In this document: positions 27,977-36,074 of the stretch, piece after piece
Layout: each line of letters starts with the position of its first letter
Numbering within the stretch: the stretch's first letter is position 1
Source: Candidatus Gastranaerophilales bacterium
GTDB lineage: Bacteria; Cyanobacteriota; Vampirovibrionia; Gastranaerophilales; UBA9971
Assembly: GCA_028278605.1 (NCBI GenBank)
Contig: JANQEB010000140.1
Location: 1-36,074, forward strand
Length of the DNA: 36,074 bases
Direction: 5' to 3'
Notes under the pieces: generated by a model
Databases searched by the model: none
What the model saw: only the letters and a program-made list of their open reading frames with translations
Told to the model about the DNA's origin: nothing
Made by a program: the position numbers and the translations under genes

Positions 27977-28537
27977 TTAAAGATTTTCCCTTAATTTCAG
28001 CACTTTTTTTACATAGTCCTGTGTTTCGCTAAACGGCGGGATTCCCCCGTACTTATTTACATTCTCAGGACCTGCGTTATAAGCTGCCAGGCCCAGTTCA
28101 ACCGAGCCGTATTGACTTATCAATTTTTTAAGATATTTTGTACCCCCTGATATGTTTTGTTCCGGGTCAAACCGGTTTTCTATCCCCAGGCTTGCTGCGG
28201 TTTTTGGCATTAACTGCATTAAACCGCCGGCTCCTGCCGGGGAAACAGCATTTTTGTCAAACGCTGATTCTGCCTGGATTACCGCATTTACAAGACCGGC
28301 ATCAAGGCCGTTTTCCTTTGAGTATTTGTTGATAAGCTGTTTAATGTCTTTTCTGTCAATATTTTCCGGCAGGCCTGGCTTTGTTTCCTCGAGTTTTTCG
28401 TGGAGAACTTTATCAAAAGCCTTTACCTGAGTGTCATTATCAGGATTTAACCGGTCAATTTTTTGCCGGATAATACTGATACGGCTTTCGACTTCCCTAA
28501 TACGGGCCAGAGTTATGTCCAGGCTTTCTATGCTCAT
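27977..28537 (-). CDS. Lytic transglycosylase (SLT domain)
   Basis: AVIQAES, GLMQLMP, AAYNAG, ETQDYV. Confidence 0.92.
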   Translation of the reverse strand: MSIESLDITLARIREVESRISIIRQKIDRLNPDNDTQVKAFDKVLHEKLEETKPGLPENIDRKDIKQLINKYSKENGLDAGLVNAVIQAESAFDKNAVSPAGAGGLMQLMPKTAASLGIENRFDPEQNISGGTKYLKKLISQYGSVELGLAAYNAGPENVNKYGGIPPFSETQDYVKKVLKLRENL

Positions 28538-28707
28538 CCTACCCCAATTTTAGTTATAATTACCCACACGTTACTATTTAAGGTACAACATCAGATGTAT
28601 CTTATCATCCATCGCCAGGTGTATATAGAAATTTTGCACTAAATCTGAAGGTTAATTTTAGGGTAAAAAGTATTATAAGTTTAAATTTGGCGTTAAGAAA
28701 AAATGGT

Positions 28708-28900
28708 TATATCAAAAATGAGTTAGCTTATTTTAGTTTGCGAATGCAAAAGTGTTAGAGGGTGTCTGAAAAGTATGTTACAATATCAAGCTATCATTTT
28801 AAGCAACGCCGCATCCGTCATTGCGAGGCATTATAGCCTTGCTGTTAAGCCGGAAAATCAACATCCGAAGCGAAGCAGGCGGGCTCTGCCGGGAATGAAC
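28708..28900. repeat. Stacked degenerate miniature-element ends plus REP core
   Basis: TATA..AAAATGAGTTAG..TTGCGAATGCA (cf. 11690-11797), AGAGGGTGTCTGAAAAGT, CGTCATTGCGAG...GGAATGAAC. Confidence 0.6.
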
Positions 28901-28996
28901 ATTTTTTCCCGCTGGCATATTGTCCGTATTTTAGCAGGTAAAGTCTTGCCAGCACACAAAAGGTTGATGGGTAGAAAATAACAAAATTTTTGTTAC

Positions 28997-29422
28997 CTAC
29001 TCCTGAACAGTAATACCCATGCTGCGTGCGGAGCCTTTTACCATTTCCATTGCAGCTTCAATTGTAGTTGCGTTAAGATCAGGCATTTTTGTTTTTGCAA
29101 TTTCTTCTATCTGGATTAAAGTTATGCTTCCGACCTTGTCTTTATTAGGTACAGAAGAACCTTTTTCCACACCGGCAGCTTTCTGGATAAGCTGTGAAAC
29201 CGGCGGGGTTTTTGTAATAAACGAAAATGACCTGTCTTCATAAACTTCGATCACAACAGGAATGATGCTGCCTGCCATGTCCTGTGTCTGGGCATTATAC
29301 TGCTTGCAGAAGTCCATAATATTTACACCGTGTTGACCTAAAGCAGGGCCGATCGGCGGTGAGGGATTTGCTTTGCCCGCCGGAATCTGAAGTTTTATAA
29401 GCGCCATTACTTTTTTTGCCAT
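28997..29422 (-). CDS. rplK: 50S ribosomal protein L11
   Basis: [41 protein letters not shown]. Confidence 0.99.
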   Translation of the reverse strand: MAKKVMALIKLQIPAGKANPSPPIGPALGQHGVNIMDFCKQYNAQTQDMAGSIIPVVIEVYEDRSFSFITKTPPVSQLIQKAAGVEKGSSVPNKDKVGSITLIQIEEIAKTKMPDLNATTIEAAMEMVKGSARSMGITVQE

Positions 29423-29453
29423 TTTTATTACCTTTCTTTGTATTTTTTTAGAT

Positions 29454-29534
29454 CGTCATTCTGAGCTTTTTACACGTCATTCTGAGCGAAGCGAAGAATC
29501 TCAATCCTTTTATCAATAGGCCCTTCAGGGTAAC
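29454..29534. repeat. REP-like element between nusG and rplK
   Basis: Tandem CGTCATTCTGAGC; GAGCGAAGCGAAGAATCT. Confidence 0.8.
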
Positions 29535-29536
29535 GA

Positions 29537-30079
29537 TCAGTCTTGTTTTTGAATTTGATTATATTCCAGCTCCACGGGAGTGTCGCGCCCGAAAATTGAT
29601 ACCATAGCGCGAAGCTTTTCTTTATCAGGGTAAACTTCCATAACATCGCCGACAAAATCAGCAAACGGGCCGGTGATGATATTAACCTTGTCCCCAACCT
29701 TGATATCAAGTTCAACTTTTGTAGGAAGGGCCTGGGTTTTACGCAGGATTTTATTAATCTCAGCGTCCCTGGCAGGGATTGGTTTTCTTTCCGCGCCTAC
29801 AAATTTGGTAACTCCCGGAGTATGTCTTACTACGTACCAGCTATCGTCGTCCATTATCATTTCAACAAGCACATAGCCCGGGAAAATCTTTTCTTCCTTA
29901 TCCTGGCGTTTTCCGTCTTTTACTTTTGTTACCGATTTTTGAGGAACCTCTACCTTAAAGATCTTGTGTCCAAGGTTCATATACTCAACACGTTTTTCAA
30001 GGTTAACTTTAACTTTGTTTTCATGTCCTGAGTAGGTGTGAACTATATACCATCTCTTCTTTTTTTCCTGTTGATTCAT
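29537..30079 (-). CDS. nusG: Transcription termination/antitermination factor NusG
   Basis: WYIVHTYSGHE, FPGYVLVEM, KOW GPFADF, IFGRDTPVEL. Confidence 0.98.
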   Translation of the reverse strand: MNQQEKKKRWYIVHTYSGHENKVKVNLEKRVEYMNLGHKIFKVEVPQKSVTKVKDGKRQDKEEKIFPGYVLVEMIMDDDSWYVVRHTPGVTKFVGAERKPIPARDAEINKILRKTQALPTKVELDIKVGDKVNIITGPFADFVGDVMEVYPDKEKLRAMVSIFGRDTPVELEYNQIQKQD

Positions 30080-30084
30080 AAGCT

Positions 30085-30303
30085 TTATCCACCCGGTATT
30101 AATCCAAACACAAATTCAAAAAGCACATCATAAACGTAGACCAGCAGCGTAAAGAAGAATACAACAACAAGCACAATAATTGTTTCGACTCCGACCTGCT
30201 TTTTTTCGGGCCATGTAATTTTATCCCATTCAGCTCGTACACCTTTAAGATAAGTAGTTACATTTTCTTTAACTGTAAGTTCTTCTTTTTTGGTATCGCT
30301 CAT
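30085..30303 (-). CDS. secE: Preprotein translocase subunit SecE
   Basis: EWDKITWP followed by a single TM helix; upstream of nusG. Confidence 0.95.
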   Translation of the reverse strand: MSDTKKEELTVKENVTTYLKGVRAEWDKITWPEKKQVGVETIIVLVVVFFFTLLVYVYDVLFEFVFGLIPGG

Positions 30304-30374
30304 TTTTGTCCCTTTTTTTTATATTCAAACTTCTATGAGAGAGTTATTCCCCCTGAAGTAATTTGTTTAAAAAA

Positions 30375-30447
30375 CGCGTCCTGTAGGACTTGAACCCACG
30401 ACATCCGGTTTTGGAGACCGACGTTCTACCAACTGAACTAAGGACGC
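30375..30447 (-). tRNA. trnW: tRNA-Trp (CCA), 3' CCA end not encoded
   Basis: GCGTCCT/AGGACGC acceptor stem, AGTTGGTAGA D-loop, CTCCAAA anticodon loop, GGTTCAAGTCC T-arm. Confidence 0.97.
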
Positions 30448-30460
30448 CTGTTTTTAGATG

Positions 30461-30533
30461 CATCCTGAGAAACCATTGCCTTGTTCAGAAGATTCTTTGT
30501 CCACTCCTCTGGTCAGGGTGGTCTCAGAATGAC
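30461..30533. repeat. Degenerate REP-like element between rpmG and trnW
   Basis: CATCCTGAG...AGATTCTTT...CTCAGAATGAC. Confidence 0.65.
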
Positions 30534-30539
30534 GTGCTT

Positions 30540-30710
30540 CTATTTTGTTTCTTTATGGAGCGTGTGTTTTTTGCAGAAAGGGCAGTATTTTTTAAGTTCA
30601 ATCCTTCCGGCCGTATTTTTTTTGTTTTTCCTGGTTGTGTAGTTACGGCGTTTACAATCACTTTCGCCGCAAGCCATAATTGTAAGTCTGTCGTTTTTTT
30701 TCAGTCCCAT
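30540..30710 (-). CDS. rpmG: 50S ribosomal protein L33 (Cys-containing form)
   Basis: C....C..RNYTT.KNKKN...[17 protein letters not shown]; start likely the ATG at 30710. Confidence 0.95.
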   Translation of the reverse strand: MGLKKNDRLTIMACGESDCKRRNYTTRKNKKNTAGRIELKKYCPFCKKHTLHKETK

Positions 30711-30826
30711 AATTTTCAACCTTGTAATTTTTATGCACACCTGAAAATCAGGCATTTTAAAACAGGGGTATTATCCCTGTTGATTTTATTTTATACCAAA
30801 AACAGTTTTTAAATACAAGTTTTTTC

Positions 30827-30968
30827 GTAACTACTCAGGTACCTGTACTGCAAAAATTTTTCAAAATCGCCCGCCACGCCCTCCCTGATTGAGGTTAAAG
30901 GACTTCGCCCTTTAACAATTCTATATAGATTTTGAAAAATTTTTAATTTCATAGGCCTGAGCAGTTAC
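30827..30968. mobile_element. 142-bp MITE
   Basis: TIR GTAACTACTCAGG/CCTGAGCAGTTAC (1 mismatch), subterminal IR, flanks GTTTTTTC/ATTTTTTC. Confidence 0.8.
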
Positions 30969-31005
30969 ATTTTTTCTTTAAGCAGGGTAGGAAAAAGAAA
31001 ATTGC

Positions 31006-31051
31006 GGCAGTGGTGTTTTTTGTCCTGATATCATTGTGAGAAGTGAAACGA
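31006..31051. repeat. Degenerate copy of the left end of the 12247 element
   Basis: GGCAGTGGTGTTTTTTGTCCTGATATCATTGTGAGAAGTGAAACGA vs GGTAGTGGTATTTTTTGACATGACGTCATTGCGAGGAGTGAAACGA. Confidence 0.7.
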
Positions 31052-31093
31052 GAGGGAAAACCATTTGATATTGGGGTGTCCGTGTCAAATAAT

Positions 31094-32332
31094 TCAATAC
31101 ATTTTTTTCATCAAATTAAAATATTTATCGTAATAAACTTCCTGGTTATAGACCTCTTCAACTTTTTTTCTGCCGCTTTTTCCCATATTAATTGCCATTT
31201 CCCGGTCGTTAACAAGGTTAATCATTGCCTGGCTTAGTTGTTGAACATTTTTAGGCTCAAATAAAATGCCATTAACATTATGATCCACAATCTCAGGTAT
31301 AGCAGCAATATTAGTTGCAATTACCGCCTTTCCATATAGGAATGACTCAAGAATCGTTCTTCCAAACGCCTCAAACCAGTTACAGGGAAGAATTACAGCG
31401 TTGCATCCCCTGTAAGCCTCATCAAGGGCCTGCCCGCTCAGGTAGCCTCTAAAAATAACGTTATTCAGCCTCAGCTCAGCAACCAGCTCCTTTAGCCGTT
31501 GCATGTCATAACCGGTTCCTACAATTTGCAGTTTGATATCCTCGGGAATGTTTTGCATGGCTTCTATGAGGGTATTTATGTCTTTTTCACGGTCAACTCT
31601 GCCCACGTAGAGAAAATATCCTGAATTTTCATAACCGGCCTTGATATTAAACTTATCCCTGTCTATAAAATGGCTAATAACGCTGGTTTTTTCCTCAGGT
31701 GCGCCTGCTCTGACTGCCAGGTCTCGTATCGCCCTGCTCGGGCAAATAATTGAGCTGACTTTATCAAAAATTTTTAACTTTCGGTTAAAGAGAAGATTTA
31801 ACGAGGCTAAAACACTTGCTTTCAGGCTGTTTTCCTTGCATTTTCTGGTTATACATGGTATTGGGCTGCCTTTAATGCAGGGTTCATCGTGGCAGTAGTT
31901 TTCTCCGTATGACAAAGTCGCACCCGGACAGAACAGTCTGGGATCGTGAATATATAAAACTGTTGGTATATTTAGCTCTTTACAGGCATCGAGTACTGAA
32001 TAAGTAAGGTGGAACTGAACATTATGAACACTAACAACATCAGGTTTTATGTCTTTTAAGTATTCAATAAGGTTGTTTTTGGCTTTATGGTTATAAAACG
32101 TACTCATAATACCTGTTAAGTCCTTTATAGAAAGACTTCTTTTGTGGAAAAATTCCGGAAAGTACTTTGCATATTGATAATCTTGCTCAAAATAGGATTC
32201 TTTGTCAGTTGAGTAGTAAAAAACCTCGTGGCCTTTTTCCCTCATAAGCAAGCTTATGAGTTGTATGGAGTTCTCGGCCCCGCCGTATGCGGTGAAAAAA
32301 TTATTTACGTACAGTATTTTCAACTTGCTCAT
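31094..32332 (-). CDS. Glycosyltransferase family 4
   Basis: GGAE, YVGRVDREK, EAFGRTILES, IPEIV. Confidence 0.93.
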   Translation of the reverse strand: MSKLKILYVNNFFTAYGGAENSIQLISLLMREKGHEVFYYSTDKESYFEQDYQYAKYFPEFFHKRSLSIKDLTGIMSTFYNHKAKNNLIEYLKDIKPDVVSVHNVQFHLTYSVLDACKELNIPTVLYIHDPRLFCPGATLSYGENYCHDEPCIKGSPIPCITRKCKENSLKASVLASLNLLFNRKLKIFDKVSSIICPSRAIRDLAVRAGAPEEKTSVISHFIDRDKFNIKAGYENSGYFLYVGRVDREKDINTLIEAMQNIPEDIKLQIVGTGYDMQRLKELVAELRLNNVIFRGYLSGQALDEAYRGCNAVILPCNWFEAFGRTILESFLYGKAVIATNIAAIPEIVDHNVNGILFEPKNVQQLSQAMINLVNDREMAINMGKSGRKKVEEVYNQEVYYDKYFNLMKKMY

Positions 32333-33551
32333 AGACCTTTATAAGTTTTTTATAGTGTGCTTCCGGGCTGAATAAGTTTTTTACTTTTTCCTGACCCTGT
32401 TTTCCCATTTGGACAGCTAATTCCCGGTCATTATCCAGTTTTAAAATTGCCTGTGCAATTTGATTAGAGTTAGCTGGTTCAGTCAGGATTCCATTGACAT
32501 CATGCTCGATTATCTCCGGTATTCCTCCGACATTGCTTGCTATTACAGGTTTTGCATAAGCAAAAGCCTCTGCTATGGTAAGTCCAAACGCTTCAAACCA
32601 GTTACAAGGCAGCACTGAAGCTATACAGTTTTTGTATTCATCTTCAAGATCCTTGCCTGTCAGGAATCCCTTGAATTGTATATTGTCATAACCCCTTGCA
32701 AGAAGTCTTAATTCCGCTTCCTGAGCCCCTTTGCCAACTATATGAAGCTCAATGTCCTGCGGTAAAGTTTTCATCGCTTCTATAAGGTAATGTACGCCCT
32801 TTTCTTCGTCTAACCTGCCGATATACAGGAAGTAATCCCCATTTTTAGCTGAACTATTGAGCAAGTTTTCAGGAGGCAGTTCAACCATATTATAAACGGT
32901 TTCCAGCATTTCAGGAGCGACTCCTGCTTCTAATGCAATGTTTTTAATGGCATTACTCGGGCAAATAAATTTTGAAATGTACTTTTCATAACCTAGAACT
33001 CTTCTATTCAGCGTGTAAAAAACTAAATACGGTAGCTGGACGTGCAATCTTCTTTTTGAGCAGTTATGAATCAGGCTTTTAAGGTAATTTCCTTTTAAGC
33101 ATTCGGTTTCATCGCAGATATACTGCTTTTTTTTCATAAACGTACCTGCCGGGCAGAAGAACCCGGGGCCATGTATTGTTGTTACAACTGGAATATCGTT
33201 GTCATGGCAGGCTTTTAGCACAGTATCAGACAGGTGTGGGCCGGTGCCGTGGACATGGACAACATCAGGTTCGACTTTTTTCAGCATTAAGTCAAGTTTT
33301 TGCATTGATTCTTTGTTATATAGCGGCCTTATAGCCTTTGCCAGAAGCACAGGAAGGCTGACTGATTTATAATCAATGTGCCTGGAAAAATATTTTTTGT
33401 ATTTATAGTCCTCATCATAATAAGGGCTTTTATTTGTGGTAAAAAAGAAAACTTCATGGCCGTTTTGCCTGAGCAATTCAGCTTCTGAAAACATCAGCTT
33501 GCCGGAACCTGTCTTAATATGAAAATACGGATGTATAAAAAGGATTTTCAT
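32301..33551 (-). CDS. Glycosyltransferase family 4
   Basis: YIGRLDEEKG, EAFGLTIAEA, SNVGGIPE. Confidence 0.93.
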   Translation of the reverse strand: MKILFIHPYFHIKTGSGKLMFSEAELLRQNGHEVFFFTTNKSPYYDEDYKYKKYFSRHIDYKSVSLPVLLAKAIRPLYNKESMQKLDLMLKKVEPDVVHVHGTGPHLSDTVLKACHDNDIPVVTTIHGPGFFCPAGTFMKKKQYICDETECLKGNYLKSLIHNCSKRRLHVQLPYLVFYTLNRRVLGYEKYISKFICPSNAIKNIALEAGVAPEMLETVYNMVELPPENLLNSSAKNGDYFLYIGRLDEEKGVHYLIEAMKTLPQDIELHIVGKGAQEAELRLLARGYDNIQFKGFLTGKDLEDEYKNCIASVLPCNWFEAFGLTIAEAFAYAKPVIASNVGGIPEIIEHDVNGILTEPANSNQIAQAILKLDNDRELAVQMGKQGQEKVKNLFSPEAHYKKLIKVYEQVENTVRK

Positions 33552-33745
33552 GATTTATGCCTCCAGAAACCTTGCCAGATACCGTTAGTATTATAAATTG
33601 CTCTCATAAACAGTTTTTTATCAAGGGTAATTATGCTTTTAAGAGTTTTAACTGTAGGCGCTGAGATCATTTTTAGTGATTCAAACAGGCGTTTAACTTT
33701 TTTATCTCTATTGAAAGTGATTACTAAAAGGGAAAATTTTGTCAT
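33548..33745 (-). pseudogene. Internally deleted GT2 remnant (65 aa, in frame)
   Basis: GT2 N-terminus FSLLVITFNR..L.SL joined to a C-terminal-like tail; ATGA overlaps kept on both sides. Confidence 0.65.
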
Positions 33746-34983
33746 TTTACATATTTCCTGTATATCTCAATGAGCTTTTCATAGTGTATATCAGGGTGAT
33801 AGTTTTCTTCAGCTTTTTTACGCGCGTTTTTACCCATTTCTATAGCTTTTTGCTTGTCATTATATAAGGTTTCAACTGCTCTGGCTATATCTTCAGGGTT
33901 GGCCGGCTCAGTTAGAAGCCCGGTTACTCCAGGTTCAACCATTTCAGGGATGCCGCCGATGTTGCTCCCTATAGCGGGTTTGCCGTTGACAAAGGTTTCA
34001 AGTATTGTTGTCGGGAAATTTTCAAACCAGTAGCAGGTAAGGATACTTGCTATACAGCCTTTATAGATATCATAAAGCTCTTTTCCGGATTTAAAACCAA
34101 GGAACCTAACATTATCAAGACCGTATTCCTTTGCCATTAATTTAAAGTCTTCTTCCTGCGGGCCGGTTCCTACAAGATGAAGCTCAATTTCTTTTGGAAG
34201 CATTGAAAATGCTTTTATCAAGTACTGGACACCTTTGTCATGGGCTAATCTTCCAACATACAGGAAGTAGTTTTGGTTATTATACCGGGGTTCTACGTTA
34301 AAATGATGTCTTTCAAGCAGGTTATTTACCACGCTTATCCTGTTTTCCACAAACCCTGATTTCATTGCTAAATCAGCAAGTGCCCGGCTTGGGGATATAA
34401 AATGGTCAATTTGCTCAACCAGCTTATGTACTTTCCTTGCCGCGAATTCCGCTGCGTAAATTGCACTGTGCTTAAAGTTGCCTTCAAAGCAGTTATTTAC
34501 TATGCAGTGAAGGGAATTACCCTTAGCGCAGTAAACTTCATCACATAAAGATTTACCCTTTAGCATTACTTTTCCTGTTGGGCAGACAAGTCGCGCAGTA
34601 TGAAGAGTCATTATAACAGGGGTATTGTTTTGTTTGCAGGCTTTAATTATTGATGGAGTAAGGTTATAGAAGAACTCATGCATATGGACAATATCAGGCT
34701 TAAACTCTTTGAGGAAGCAATCCAGCTTTTTCTGGGTATCTACGTCATAAACCAGTTTTGGAATGTTCATTACTGCCTGTGCTGCGGGTAATTTAGAATA
34801 CGGTGTGTATTTTGAGAAGTATGAGGCGTACTGGTAATCTTCTATAAAGTAAGGCTGGCGATCACTTGCAAAGAAATAAACCTCATGACCCCTTTCCTGC
34901 AACAACTGCGCCTCGTGGAGCATTATTTTTTCAGCTCCGCCAACAGCACAGAAAAATTTGTTTATATGCGCTATTTTCATCAT
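33742..34983 (-). CDS. Glycosyltransferase family 4
   Basis: GGAE, YVGRLAHDKG, ENFPTTILE, SNIGGIPE. Confidence 0.93.
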   Translation of the reverse strand: MMKIAHINKFFCAVGGAEKIMLHEAQLLQERGHEVYFFASDRQPYFIEDYQYASYFSKYTPYSKLPAAQAVMNIPKLVYDVDTQKKLDCFLKEFKPDIVHMHEFFYNLTPSIIKACKQNNTPVIMTLHTARLVCPTGKVMLKGKSLCDEVYCAKGNSLHCIVNNCFEGNFKHSAIYAAEFAARKVHKLVEQIDHFISPSRALADLAMKSGFVENRISVVNNLLERHHFNVEPRYNNQNYFLYVGRLAHDKGVQYLIKAFSMLPKEIELHLVGTGPQEEDFKLMAKEYGLDNVRFLGFKSGKELYDIYKGCIASILTCYWFENFPTTILETFVNGKPAIGSNIGGIPEMVEPGVTGLLTEPANPEDIARAVETLYNDKQKAIEMGKNARKKAEENYHPDIHYEKLIEIYRKYVK

Positions 34984-35666
34984 AAACCTCTTTGTTTCAG
35001 GGGGAGCCTGTATGTCCTGTATAGTTCTTTTCCAAGGATCATATAAAGCTTATGGAACAGTCTTTTTTCCTTAAAATATCTTTCTGCTCTGCCTTTAATT
35101 GTAGAATATGAGACCAGAATGTCATTTAGTGCTTTTTCACTATAATAATGTGCTTCCCTGTTAGCTTTTATTATTTTTTCAAACCAGTTATTTAGCAAAT
35201 CGTAGCTTCCGGGGACCGGTTTAAATGAATGGTCCGCAAGTGCGTCATGAAGCTGCATTTCTTTATCTGTCGGGTTAATCCCGATTTTGCCAAGTTGCAT
35301 ACGCCGAATTTTGGAAGGAATTCTCCGGGTTTCGGCTTTTTTTGAGGTAGCTTGCTCCGGATGGACGCGCCTGAGTATAAGCGGTTTGGTTAAATTATGG
35401 GAATTGGCGCATTCAGCATCCAGCCCCTTGTTCAGGGTTGCCGGAAGCCTCAGGTTTACTTCATTTTGAATAAATACGATTCTGCTGTCGTCAAAGGATT
35501 TTATAATATCAGCAGAGTTATCACTTGAAACGTCATCAATTATGATAAACTCAAAATCCCTAAACGTCTGGTTTAAAATGCTTTCTATAGCTTCTTTTAA
35601 GTATGCCTCACCATTGTAGTTCAGCATTAAAACACTTACCCTGGGGTTGCTCTGGGTTTTTGTCAT
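34980..35666 (-). pseudogene. GT2 glycosyltransferase with probable in-frame internal deletion
   Basis: VSVLMLNYN..IIIDDVSSD..LNKGLD then jumps to NLTKPLILRRVH; no DxD motif or ED catalytic region. Confidence 0.7.
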
Positions 35667-35834
35667 TTATGACTCCGGCTTTTAAGTTTTATTAATAGTG
35701 TAAATTCCGGCCAACCGCTTATTTTATAGTATTTATCCGGCTATATGCACATATTTTTTGCTTTTAGCACTTTAAGTGTAAACTGATTTATAATATATTT
35801 TTTACAACAAATACGCTAAAAATGGAAAGAATAT

Positions 35835-35975
35835 ATGAGGATCGAATATTTTAGTCTTGCAGAAACCATTAAAAATATCTGCCTAATAATCCCATATACT
35901 ATATTGCAAACCCCGGAAACTGGGGAGATGCTCTTATTAGAGCAGGAACAGTTACCAGACATTTTGATGAAATAA
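35835..35975 (+). pseudogene. Frameshifted, truncated polysaccharide pyruvyltransferase-like remnant
   Basis: Adding one A to the A5 run (35871-35875) gives MRIEYFSLAETIKKYLPNNPIYYIANPGNWGDALIRAGT, matching the NxGD motif; then runs into the repeat. Confidence 0.65.
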
Positions 35976-36074
35976 TAAGGAACAAACAAAAAGTTTTTAC
36001 ATCTGTTTTGTATTTTACGTCATCCTGAGCCAGCTCGCAGAGCGAGCTGTGTCGAAGGATCTCAAGGTCTAAAA
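35976..36074. repeat. Inverted copy of 413-510 (REP-containing element end), cut by the window edge
   Basis: Reverse complement matches 413-510 with 1 substitution and 1 indel. Confidence 0.92.

Noticed and set aside
28538-28700. Sigma28 or sigma54 promoter for the flagellar operon
   Set aside because: No convincing TAAA-N15-GCCGATAA or GG-N10-GC consensus found by eye.
28775-28981. 68-aa plus-strand ORF
   Set aside because: Mostly translated repeat sequence.
30375-30447. tRNA-Trp as an integration site
   Set aside because: No duplicated tRNA 3' end or integrase seen; secE follows as normal.
30390-30812. 140-aa plus-strand ORF
   Set aside because: Antisense to tRNA-Trp and rpmG.

Overview
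AT-rich bacterial chromosomal window. It most likely comes from a flagellated, diderm, non-photosynthetic cyanobacterial relative (Melainabacteria/Vampirovibrionia-like). This is an inference from a CCA-less cyanobacterial-type tRNA-Trp, an SLH protein, MlaE, and L/P-ring flagellar genes. Contents: a polar amino-acid ABC transporter; an Asp/Glu racemase, a formyltransferase and a PAP2 phosphatase; a divergent acyl-CoA dehydrogenase; ilvE-mlaE plus two small membrane proteins; an XRE regulator with an insertion-disrupted RHH gene; a secreted Cys/Pro-rich (~40 Cys) SLH protein; an orphan RelE-like gene; aminopeptidase P, TrmH, nitrilase and GNAT genes; a flagellar block (slt-flgF-G-A-H-I-J-(M)-N-K-L); rpmG-trnW-secE-nusG-rplK without rplA; and a decaying polysaccharide cluster (3 GT4, 2 in-frame-deleted GT2, 1 frameshifted pyruvyltransferase). 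Many intergenic gaps carry CGTC-type REP-like palindromes or small TIR elements, often nested or chimeric. A ~98-bp inverted repeat brackets nearly the whole window. Most interesting candidates: the Cys-rich GAA-repeat SLH envelope protein, the modular REP/MITE family, and the operon-preserving GT2 deletions.
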